A stretch of 64,000 nt of DNA from the NCBI GenBank assembly GCA_016786765.1, contig JAEUUZ010000051.1, positions 163,453-227,452 of the forward strand. The letters are read 5' to 3'. The notes under the pieces were generated by a model that made no database searches, had not been told where the DNA came from, and saw only the letters and a list, made by a program, of their open reading frames with translations. The translations under genes were made by a program, and so were the position numbers. Source of the stretch: Chitinophagales bacterium. GTDB taxonomy: Bacteria; Bacteroidota; Bacteroidia; Chitinophagales; LD1. Of the stretch, positions 51,216 through 59,807 are shown piece after piece (the first letter of the stretch is position 1; every line of letters starts with the position of its first letter).

Positions 51216-52178
51216 CTATAGTTTGAAGTGACGTAAGCGTCTCACCTCCTCTTCTTCTAAGAATCTCCATTTACCGCGCGGTAAATCTTTTTTGGTTAAA
51301 CCACCAAAGAAAACACGATCGAGTTTAATCACCTCATATCCTAACGATTCGAATATTCTACGAACGATACGATTTTTACCGCTATGAATTTCAACCCCTA
51401 CTTCATTTTTATTTTTAGGATCGGTGTAGGCAACTTCATCTACTTCAGCAATTCCATCTTCCAAAACTACACCATGCATGATTTTGGCGAAGTCTTCTGA
51501 TGCAAGATTTTTATCGAGATGTACGTGATAGATTTTTCTGATTTCGCGGGAAGGATGAGTAAGGTTTTGCGCCATCTCTCCATCGTTGGTAATCAATAAC
51601 ACACCTGTAGTACTTCTATCCAAACGACCCACCGGATATAAACGTGGTTTAGTTACCGACTTAATTTTTGAATAAGCGCCTTCAATTAAATCGAGCACCG
51701 TCATTCTATCTTTTTCATCACTTGTAGTGGTGATACAGTTCTTTGGTTTATTTAGAAGAATGTAAACTTTTTTCTCGGGGTTCAAAACCTTGTTATCAAA
51801 CGTTACTTTATCGCCAGGATTAATTTTGTGCCCCATTTCCAACACCACTTCACCATTCACTTTCACTTTACCTTGTCCGATTAATTCATCGGCTTTTCTG
51901 CGCGAAGCAATACCGGCATGTGCCAAATATTTATTTAAACGAACCGGTTCTGTAAATGGATCGACTTTTGTTTCGTTGAGTTTTGAAGAATGCTTAGCAT
52001 CTATGTCGAGATTATTGATGTGCTTCTCAATTTTTTCATCGAGCGCTGTTCTTTTTCGTGGGCGATCGGAAACCGACTTAGTCGTTTTCTTTACGGCAGG
52101 AGCAGGGGCAGAAGATTTCTCTTCTTTCAAGAATTTAGAAAAAGGATGTTTACCGGAATTAGACTGCTCTTTAGACAC
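51216..52178 (-). CDS. rluB: RluB/RsuA-family pseudouridine synthase with an S4 domain and a Lys-rich N-terminal extension
   Basis: It has the S4 motif RLNKYLAHAGIASRRKADELI and the catalytic GRLDRSTTGVLL. The basic N-terminal extension is ~60 aa long. Confidence 0.85.
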   Translation of the reverse strand: MSKEQSNSGKHPFSKFLKEEKSSAPAPAVKKTTKSVSDRPRKRTALDEKIEKHINNLDIDAKHSSKLNETKVDPFTEPVRLNKYLAHAGIASRRKADELIGQGKVKVNGEVVLEMGHKINPGDKVTFDNKVLNPEKKVYILLNKPKNCITTTSDEKDRMTVLDLIEGAYSKIKSVTKPRLYPVGRLDRSTTGVLLITNDGEMAQNLTHPSREIRKIYHVHLDKNLASEDFAKIMHGVVLEDGIAEVDEVAYTDPKNKNEVGVEIHSGKNRIVRRIFESLGYEVIKLDRVFFGGLTKKDLPRGKWRFLEEEEVRRLRHFKL

Positions 52179-52227
52179 ACAAAAAATTTACGGCACGAAT
52201 TTAAAAAAATAAACCTTGCATACAATT

Positions 52228-54279
52228 TTATTCTAACTCAATCGAGATAATTTCCACTTTCCGTTCAACGGCTGCAGCAGGATTATAGACTGAATTCCGG
52301 GTATCTTCTCGTGAATCGCTCACAGCTTTTGCAGCTTTTTCTTCACCGATGGATTCATTTTTGAGTATGAGATAACCGTTATCAATAAAGGACTGGAAGA
52401 CACCTGCACGATAATGGTAGAAATAATTTTTGAGGGAAGCTATTCGTCTGTACCCTAGTTTGATATTGTATTCATTGTAATTAAGCGGAGAACAATAGCC
52501 TTGAATAGTGACCGAAACTTTTTTGCCCATTTTCAACGCATCGAGCAATTGCGCACTAAACTGAATTAAATCGTGATAGCCTTTCTCGACTTTATCGGTA
52601 AACAAATAAAATATTTCTTGTTCGGCTGCTGTTTTCTTTCCTTCTTCTAAACCTCTTGTGAAATTAGATTTATAGTCATTAAGTAAGCGCCAATAGGCTT
52701 CGTAGGTAGTTACATAATTCAATGGAGTAGAATCGCGTAAATTACAACATTCCGGCTCATCGTTATGAAAATAGAGGGTTACAGGCAACAGTCCTTTCAA
52801 TTTCGCAGTAGTTGTTTTAGTTATTGCTAGTTGCAAAATCGTTAAAGAAGAAGAATCTGATACATCAATTTTTTGTGAGATTACGGGAACTGTATCTTTA
52901 ATACTTGCAGTAGTCCTTCCTACAATAGTATACACTTTTAAACTGTCTTTAACCGTTAACGCAACCGGTGGCATGCTCATTGTGAGTGTTGAATCTATTG
53001 ACTTTACAACTTTTTTCTCTCCGGTAGCATAGCTCCAAATATCGTAGCAACAGGTTTCTGCTTTGATAAAGAATGAACCTTTACGATTCGTTGCGAAATA
53101 GGCTTTGCCTCTATCTGCAGTCAACACAAAACCAAAGTCGTTTGCGGGAGAATTTATCTTATTACCTGCATTTTGAGGACTTACTGCATTGGGCTTCCAT
53201 TTATAAATATCTAAACCTCCGAAACCATTCCACCCTTCCGAAGCAAAATAAAGTTGATTAGAGTCTGAATCAAAAAAGGGAGTAAACTCGCTTTCAGAAG
53301 TATTCACAGCGGTTAAAGGCGATGGAGTGGCATAACTGTTTTTTCCGTTACGCTTTGCAGACCATATATCTGATGACCCTTTACCTCCGCTTCTATCGCT
53401 TACAAAATATAATACTTGTTCTCCTGTATTCAGTGATGCTAAAAACGGATGTGTATTGGTATAATCATCTGAATTCTGAACCGCCACTTCCTCAATTTTC
53501 GACCAATCATCGGCTTTAGATGTAAAGTAAATTTTACATCCTCGTTTAGCATCATCATTACACACTGTAAAGAAAAACTCGCTTTCGTTATCGGCAAAAT
53601 GCCCGTTAGCTAAGTGTTTCTGAGGTGTAGCGGTTGCATTTATTTTCTTTAAAAATGCAGCCATAGAATCTTGCAAACCATAAAAACGTCCTATAAATTT
53701 TTTATCTGTTTCTGTCTTCCGTAATGAAGAATAAAACAACTGACCATTATTATCCGTGAAAGGGTTAAATTCTGAATAAGGCGTATTTACAGGTGCTACA
53801 AGGTGAATAACTTTTATCGAAGAGGTATCTTTTGCATGCTCAATAGCCCATTTACAAGAAGCTATTTGCTGTGTGAGTTTGTCTTTTATATCTTCTTTCC
53901 CTCGATACGTATATTTCAACTTCTCGAATTGCTTCAATGCCATATCGTACTTTCCTTGCTGACGAAGCATTACAGCGTACCAATAGGCCGCTAGAGGATA
54001 CTTCTTTTGCGTATCGTCAGTTACAACATCCTTGTAGCTTTTAGCGGCTCTATCGTAATCGTTATACTTTCTGAGCGACTCCGCTAAACCATATTTGAGG
54101 GCAACATTTTCGGGATATTTTTCTATGCCCATTTGATAGTAATCGGCTGCAGCGTAATAGTCGGCATTTTCGTATGCTTCCTCTGCTTTCGCAATAAACT
54201 TTTCTACTTTTTGTGCGTTTGAAAAAGAATACAAAGTAAGTAACAACAGCGTAAACAGCGTTTTTGCTATACACTTCAT
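52228..54279 (-). CDS. OmpA-family outer-membrane-associated protein with N-terminal TPR repeats and TolB-like PD40 repeats
   Basis: The ATG at 54279 gives the signal peptide MKCIAKTLFTLLLLTLYSFSNAQ. TPR-like helices follow (YENADYYAAADYYQMGIEKYPEN). PD40-like repeats are present (LYFVSDRSGGKGSSDIWSA and LYFASEGWNGFGGLDIYKW). The C-terminus is OmpA-like (TIQGYCSPLNYNEYNIKLGYRRIASL). Confidence 0.75.
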   Translation of the reverse strand: MKCIAKTLFTLLLLTLYSFSNAQKVEKFIAKAEEAYENADYYAAADYYQMGIEKYPENVALKYGLAESLRKYNDYDRAAKSYKDVVTDDTQKKYPLAAYWYAVMLRQQGKYDMALKQFEKLKYTYRGKEDIKDKLTQQIASCKWAIEHAKDTSSIKVIHLVAPVNTPYSEFNPFTDNNGQLFYSSLRKTETDKKFIGRFYGLQDSMAAFLKKINATATPQKHLANGHFADNESEFFFTVCNDDAKRGCKIYFTSKADDWSKIEEVAVQNSDDYTNTHPFLASLNTGEQVLYFVSDRSGGKGSSDIWSAKRNGKNSYATPSPLTAVNTSESEFTPFFDSDSNQLYFASEGWNGFGGLDIYKWKPNAVSPQNAGNKINSPANDFGFVLTADRGKAYFATNRKGSFFIKAETCCYDIWSYATGEKKVVKSIDSTLTMSMPPVALTVKDSLKVYTIVGRTTASIKDTVPVISQKIDVSDSSSLTILQLAITKTTTAKLKGLLPVTLYFHNDEPECCNLRDSTPLNYVTTYEAYWRLLNDYKSNFTRGLEEGKKTAAEQEIFYLFTDKVEKGYHDLIQFSAQLLDALKMGKKVSVTIQGYCSPLNYNEYNIKLGYRRIASLKNYFYHYRAGVFQSFIDNGYLILKNESIGEEKAAKAVSDSREDTRNSVYNPAAAVERKVEIISIELE

Positions 54280-54326
54280 ATTGCTTTTAGATCGATTATT
54301 TTCTCTTGTCCCCATGTTTTCCATCA

Positions 54327-55391
54327 TTAAAAAATCGGACAAGATTTACCAAAACTATTCACCTTCTTCACCTTCGATAGAATATAAATCACTGAGGCTT
54401 CAATGGCACCATATGTGTTTGTTGCACGCTGAAATTTAGACGTGTTAATATCATAGCTCAAATTCACCTGCCAAGCGTTGTAATCCATACCAATTAAAAG
54501 ATACGCGGCATCGTTATTTCTATAATAAGCACCGAAATTCAAGCATACTTGCGCATCTTTTTGTTTGAACACATAGGCTTTTGTGTGTAATCCAAAAGCT
54601 ACTTCGTGCTTTGTGTCTTGTTGCTGATAAATAACTTCGGGCACCAAATCCCATCTTTTAGCCACTTTCCAACGCAATGTTGCATGTCCTACAAAGCGCA
54701 TATTTAAACGGACTTGCTTATCGTTAAAGAAACTTTGCTGTGGTTGATTGAGGTGATGCACTGCAAAACCAATGGTAAAATTTTTCCGCTCACTTAATCG
54801 TAGTTTATATGCTAGACCAATATTCACATCCGGATAGGTGAAACTTGTTTTCGGGAAATCTTCTCCACTACCCAAACGACCATCGTAGCGATCGCCATTG
54901 TATTGATTATCGAAATACAAATTTTGATATTGAAAAGAGCGATTCCCCAAACCAACATTAAAACCGGCTGAAAGTGAATGTTTATCTTCTTTCCCGAAGT
55001 TCAAGACATAACTCATCGCCAATAAAGCTTGCAGTGAAGTAAACTTAGAATCTCCGGCCCGATCGTAATAGAAGGTTAAGCCACCGCCAATTTTATCGTG
55101 GTTTTTAAGCGTATACAGATTCATATCGGCAGACAATGAAACTGTATTATAATTGACCGGCACTGTAAACCACTGATTTCTGTAGTTGGCTACAAAGCGC
55201 ACATCTCCATCAAATAGGGCAGTGTAGGCGGGATTTAGATTGGCAGGAGAAAAGGAGAACTGAGAGAAATGTATGTCTTGTGCTTTAAGGGTTGAGGGTT
55301 GGAGGTTGAGGGTTAAAAGAATAAGCAAGATTACACCACTAACTTTAAACGGTGCGTTTCGATTGACAATATGTGCATACCACTTTCTCAT
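54327..55391 (-). CDS. PorP/SprF-family type IX secretion system membrane protein
   Basis: After a signal sequence comes the family signature AQDIHFSQFSFSPANLNPAYTA, followed by a beta-barrel-like alternating pattern. The start overlaps the upstream cargo gene's stop (ATGA). Confidence 0.85.
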   Translation of the reverse strand: MRKWYAHIVNRNAPFKVSGVILLILLTLNLQPSTLKAQDIHFSQFSFSPANLNPAYTALFDGDVRFVANYRNQWFTVPVNYNTVSLSADMNLYTLKNHDKIGGGLTFYYDRAGDSKFTSLQALLAMSYVLNFGKEDKHSLSAGFNVGLGNRSFQYQNLYFDNQYNGDRYDGRLGSGEDFPKTSFTYPDVNIGLAYKLRLSERKNFTIGFAVHHLNQPQQSFFNDKQVRLNMRFVGHATLRWKVAKRWDLVPEVIYQQQDTKHEVAFGLHTKAYVFKQKDAQVCLNFGAYYRNNDAAYLLIGMDYNAWQVNLSYDINTSKFQRATNTYGAIEASVIYILSKVKKVNSFGKSCPIF

Positions 55392-58300
55392 CGCAAAATA
55401 GTTACATTTCCTTTTAATGAAAAACGTTCATTATTCAAGCACAAGCCTTCAATGTAAAAACCAAAAACCGATGGATCTAACTTTGCTCCTTTAAACGTTC
55501 CATCCCATCCCTTATTGATATCTGAGGACTCAAATATTTTTTGTCCCCAGCGGTCAAACACAGCAATGGTAATACTTTTAATATCATTTCCACGTACATA
55601 CCACACATCATTCTTCCCATCATTATTCGGAGAAAATGCGTTGGGAATATAAACCCCTTCTTTATTACAGGGTGTCCGGAGTACCACAATGCTGAGGTCG
55701 CTCACTAACTTACAACCATTGGTGTCAAAGGCGGTGAGTTGATATGACTTTGTAAAGAGCGGTGCTGCTTTCGGATTAGGAATATCAACTGCCGTTAATG
55801 TTGGATCGTTCTCCCATTGAAACTTCACAACTTCTGCAGAATAAATGGTTTGAATTTGAGATGTATCACCAAATAGAATGGTATCCGGAATAGCGACAAT
55901 ACTTAAATTGCCTAATGTAGACGCAACTTTCACGTAAAAAGAATCGCGATAGATGCAACCATTTGCATCTACGCCTGTTACACGAAATAGCGTATCGCGG
56001 ACCGGTGCACACAATGGATTTGCGGTATTGGCTCCGGATAAAATTTGACTTGTGGGTGTCCATACATACGTCATAGTGTTTGATGTGTTGGCATTTTTCA
56101 CCAATAAACGCAATGTATCTTTCGGACAGAACACCTTACCACCGGTAATTTCCAGCGAATCGAATGGCACCTTCACCAACTGTGCAAGCGTATCTGTGCA
56201 GTAATCATGGGTATAGAATAAAGCATATTGTGTAGTAACATCGGCCGATGAAAATGGATTCGCAATCGCTGCATCGCTTAAGGCGTAATTTGGCAACCAA
56301 TTATATTTTGCATTGGGATCGGAGGAAGGAGGAATTCCAATCTGCACAGAATCAGAAGAACAGATCGTTGCATCGGGAAGAACTGTACTTTGCGCCCGCT
56401 GAATAGTGATGGTTTGTTGTGTGGAGTCACTGATGTTACAGCTAGAAGAATCAATCAGCTTTAAACGAACAATATACGTTCCGCTATTCGTATAAGTGTG
56501 TGTTGGGTTTGTGGCATTGCTGGTGCTTCCATCGCCAAAGTCCCAGTAGTAGTTGGCATTTGCGCCTACTCGTTTACTTAAATTAGTGAATGGTAGTTGA
56601 TTCAAGTTGCATCCTTTGGGCACTGAAAAATCAGCAATAGTAAGTGGAATATCTAAATCGAATTTGAACAACAAATTATTGCAATTGTTGCTGCGGTTGG
56701 TGGGCGAAACACAATTGCTCGGATAAGTTGGGAAACGGCTAGAAGCTCCACAACTGGCACATACCGATTGATACACCACTCCTTTTTTATCAAAACGACT
56801 TGTACCCCCATCAACGTGATCGGCTTCATTCACACCACCAATGAAAGTAGCATATTGAAGTCCTGAAGCATCATCACGTAAAATCATCAAATAGAAATCA
56901 CTATTATCGGTAGTGGACTGATAACAACCCGGAGTTACATCTAAGCCTGAAGTGCCGTGAACGTTGCTTGGCCAACCGGCTTCAGCGTTTACGGAAGGAC
57001 TTCCCCAACCGCTTACATAAATGCTGTTGCACAAATCCACCAAAAATGCAGTTGGTGAAATATCTGAAACACCTGTTCCTCTGCCAAAACTGGTCGACCA
57101 AATCCAATCGCTCAAATCCTTTTTGAATTTTGTGATAAACTGTCCGCCATTCGGCTTGTTATAGGCCGCATTAAAAACGTAATTGGATTGGCTATTATCG
57201 GCCTGTCCTAACACGAATACCTCGCCTTTGCGATTCGTTTCCACAAAATAAATTTGATCGTATGCATTAAATCCTTCAAAGGAAGAAGAATACACAGAAT
57301 CTGCATCTTTGCTGATGTGATAGATAAAACCGTCCGTTAATCCACCCCCATATGCTTTTTGTTTACCGAAACCAGGTACCGGAAAATTGTTAGAAGCCGT
57401 CCCGCCCACAACATAAATACTACTGTCCAAGCCGAAAGCTATTGAGTACGCTGCATCATCGCCACTGCCGCCAAACTTCACACTCCAAATCAGCGAATCT
57501 AAATTTGGTGTGAGCTTCGACAAGCAGGCATCGGCATCTCCATTGGGCGAAGCGGATGTCAACGAATCTGTTTTCGGATAATTTTTTGAACGTGTAGTAG
57601 AGGCAATTACTATGTTTCCATCAGGCGCAAAGTCGATTTCTCCGCGCACTTCATCGGCATAATTATGTCGAGTAAGTGCAGGACTTAACGAAGCAAAAGG
57701 ATTATTATAATTCAAGCCATCGTTGGCACTATCACCTAAAAAGGTGGATGCTAATAACTGTGTGCCATCCACACTAAATTTTGAAATCACAATATCGGAA
57801 CCGGCATAATATGCCACAGCAATTCCATCTAAAGGACCGGCATTCGGGCCGCCATGAAACACAGTATCGTAGGCCTGATTAGTAACCGGAAAATTCGCAG
57901 ATGCTGTTGTTCCCAATACATACAATTGATCATCTTTATCTACAATTAAACTGTGCGGCAAATCCGAACCAAAGCCACCAAGAAAAGTGGAGAACAAACG
58001 ATTCGTTCCGGTAGAATCATACTTCGTTATACCCATATCGGTATTCGGATAGGTGCCGCCATTAGAAAAGACAACTGTTGGTCCGCCTTTGTAACTCACT
58101 TGATAAGCACCTAATGTAGTAGGATAGCCTTGCCCGAATGCACTTCCTGCAGCGAAGCCATTCCCAAATTTATCATAGGTAGCGGTGTAGCCAAAGTTAT
58201 CGGATGTTGAACCCGAATAAGTAGCGAAAACTAAACGTGGGTCAATGACCAAAACGTAGCGTTCATCATAGTTTTCAGGCTTAAAGTGAATAGTCTTCGT

Positions 58301-58978
58301 CTCCTCATCCAAAACAAAATGACATTTCACTTCACGCTTTTCGCCATTAATAGTTTGGTAAGTATAAGGCCGTTGCTCAATGATATCACCCAACGAAGTT
58401 TTCAAAACTAAATTTCCTTTGGTATCCACTTGTACATTATCAATCCCATCATAGCGAATGGCAATTTGAGCAGGATCGGTACCGGGTTGCACATACATAT
58501 CGTATTTCAAACCATTACCTTCCGAATAATATTCTGCATCTATGCCTTCATACAAACTGCGATAAATCACTTTACGATAGGCATGACAGCCCCCTTTCCA
58601 AGTACGCTTATTATTTCCTAAAAAGTAGTTGAAATACTCGTTGAGTTGATCATCAGGTTGAATTGTTTTCTGTGCATTGCTATTCTCAAAAATCATTTGA
58701 TAGGCATGGTAATTCACCAAATAATCGGCATCTGTTTTTGGGGTAGCACTCATACCGTGACCGATAGCTTTATTTTTCTGAGCTGCATCACAAAGCGAAA
58801 TGGTAACCCTATCGTTCTCAAAGAAAATGGCACCACTTCCAAAATCGGATTTCAAACGAATGTTGCTTTCCCACTGACCGCGATTTTCCACAAAATATAA
58901 ATCGCAACTGCTACATGTAGCATGTGCAAAGGAAGCCAATGAAGCCAGCAACAGCAAAATGGTGTAGACTATTTTCAA
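55388..58978 (-). CDS. Large (1196 aa) T9SS type-B cargo with SBBP beta-propeller repeats, a PKD domain, Ig-like modules and a gliding-motility-associated C-terminal domain
   Basis: It has a signal peptide and SBBP-type repeats (YVLGTTASANFPVTNQAYD and YVVGGTASNNFPVPG). The PKD motif is YYWDFGDGSTSNATNPTHTYTNSGTY. The C-terminus reads VYIPNAFSPNNDGKNDVWYV...FDRWGQKIFE...GWDGTFKG. Confidence 0.9.
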   Translation of the reverse strand: MKIVYTILLLLASLASFAHATCSSCDLYFVENRGQWESNIRLKSDFGSGAIFFENDRVTISLCDAAQKNKAIGHGMSATPKTDADYLVNYHAYQMIFENSNAQKTIQPDDQLNEYFNYFLGNNKRTWKGGCHAYRKVIYRSLYEGIDAEYYSEGNGLKYDMYVQPGTDPAQIAIRYDGIDNVQVDTKGNLVLKTSLGDIIEQRPYTYQTINGEKREVKCHFVLDEETKTIHFKPENYDERYVLVIDPRLVFATYSGSTSDNFGYTATYDKFGNGFAAGSAFGQGYPTTLGAYQVSYKGGPTVVFSNGGTYPNTDMGITKYDSTGTNRLFSTFLGGFGSDLPHSLIVDKDDQLYVLGTTASANFPVTNQAYDTVFHGGPNAGPLDGIAVAYYAGSDIVISKFSVDGTQLLASTFLGDSANDGLNYNNPFASLSPALTRHNYADEVRGEIDFAPDGNIVIASTTRSKNYPKTDSLTSASPNGDADACLSKLTPNLDSLIWSVKFGGSGDDAAYSIAFGLDSSIYVVGGTASNNFPVPGFGKQKAYGGGLTDGFIYHISKDADSVYSSSFEGFNAYDQIYFVETNRKGEVFVLGQADNSQSNYVFNAAYNKPNGGQFITKFKKDLSDWIWSTSFGRGTGVSDISPTAFLVDLCNSIYVSGWGSPSVNAEAGWPSNVHGTSGLDVTPGCYQSTTDNSDFYLMILRDDASGLQYATFIGGVNEADHVDGGTSRFDKKGVVYQSVCASCGASSRFPTYPSNCVSPTNRSNNCNNLLFKFDLDIPLTIADFSVPKGCNLNQLPFTNLSKRVGANANYYWDFGDGSTSNATNPTHTYTNSGTYIVRLKLIDSSSCNISDSTQQTITIQRAQSTVLPDATICSSDSVQIGIPPSSDPNAKYNWLPNYALSDAAIANPFSSADVTTQYALFYTHDYCTDTLAQLVKVPFDSLEITGGKVFCPKDTLRLLVKNANTSNTMTYVWTPTSQILSGANTANPLCAPVRDTLFRVTGVDANGCIYRDSFYVKVASTLGNLSIVAIPDTILFGDTSQIQTIYSAEVVKFQWENDPTLTAVDIPNPKAAPLFTKSYQLTAFDTNGCKLVSDLSIVVLRTPCNKEGVYIPNAFSPNNDGKNDVWYVRGNDIKSITIAVFDRWGQKIFESSDINKGWDGTFKGAKLDPSVFGFYIEGLCLNNERFSLKGNVTILR

Positions 58979-59062
58979 AATGTGTAAAAGCTATTCATAT
59001 CGAATATAGAGAAAGTAATGATGGAAACAAAGGCTTATTTCGGTTGGTGAAAGGCGAGATTA

Positions 59063-59101
59063 CGCAAAACAAAAGCCCCCCAAGTTTCCAAGGAGGGCTT
59101 T
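59063..59101 (-). terminator. Rho-independent terminator after the DUF5606-like gene
   Basis: On the minus strand AAAGCCCTCC...GGGGGGCTTT forms a ~9-bp stem with one mismatch, followed by TGTTTTG. Confidence 0.6.
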
Positions 59102-59118
59102 GCATATCGTTATTCAAA

Positions 59119-59715
59119 TTACGAGGCCTTTCTAGGTGTTGTAATTTTCTTTGGTGGTGCGTTTGTTCTAGGAGCAGCCACTTTAGCTTTAGTAGATGCT
59201 TTTTCAGCTTTTGGCTTAGCCGATTTTTCACCGTCTTTGTCAGCCGCTTTTTTGGTTGCTTTTTTCGGTTTTTCTTCAGCGCCTCCTTCTGCTTTTTCTT
59301 CAGTGGCAACAGTTGCTTCGTCTTTCACCAATTCGTCAATCAGCCCTTTGCCGTTCAACAAATTGTACCATTTAATCAACTTCTTCATATCACTTAAGTA
59401 CACTTTCACAGTGTCGTAAGTGGGTATGATGCTGCCGAAATATTTTTTAATCTCGTCTTCTTTTCCGTTTGGATCGGCCGGTGGATTTTTGCCTTCTTGT
59501 TTTTTCATTTCGGCCAACACGTCTTTCAACGCTACCGGCTCGTCTGTTGTGTAGATAGTGATGTTATCCAACGTACTGAACATGTGTACACGTCCGGATA
59601 CAAATTGCGACTTACCATCTACCAATGAAGTAACGATAAGACCATCGCCACGCTTTCCTTTCACTTGAAAAATTCCCGGCATTCCGGTTACTGAAACAAT
59701 TTCTGCTAACTGCAT
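59119..59715 (-). CDS. Conserved Bacteroidota protein (DUF5606-like N-terminal domain) with a histone-H1-like Lys/Ala/Pro-rich C-terminal tail
   Basis: The ATG at 59715 gives MQLAEIVSVTGMPGIFQVKGKRGDGLIVTSLVDGK, which resembles my recollection of DUF5606 proteins. The last ~60 aa are EEKPKKATKKAADKDGEKSAKPKAEKASTKAKVAAPRTNAPPKKITTPRKAS. Confidence 0.6.
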   Translation of the reverse strand: MQLAEIVSVTGMPGIFQVKGKRGDGLIVTSLVDGKSQFVSGRVHMFSTLDNITIYTTDEPVALKDVLAEMKKQEGKNPPADPNGKEDEIKKYFGSIIPTYDTVKVYLSDMKKLIKWYNLLNGKGLIDELVKDEATVATEEKAEGGAEEKPKKATKKAADKDGEKSAKPKAEKASTKAKVAAPRTNAPPKKITTPRKAS

Positions 59716-59807
59716 TATTACTAATTTTTGAATTGCGAATATAAAAACTTTCACAATGTAAACCATAGCCTCTTTTTTTCTTGTATTTTGGCCCCTCAAC
59801 TTTTACC

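Noticed and set aside
59083-59096. A 13-nt match (TTTCCAAGGAGGG) to the hairpin core of the DUF559 inverted repeats
   Set aside because: The match covers only part of one hairpin arm inside an ordinary terminator, and the outer arms do not match. It is probably coincidence or convergence of GC-rich terminator stems. A genome-wide repeat search would settle it.
58924-59397. A 157-aa plus-strand ORF and a 104-aa minus-strand ORF (58995-59309) around the Lys-rich tail region
   Set aside because: They are low-complexity shadows of the Lys/Ala/Pro-rich tail and of the intergenic terminator. The frame that carries the conserved N-terminal domain (59119-59715) explains the region.
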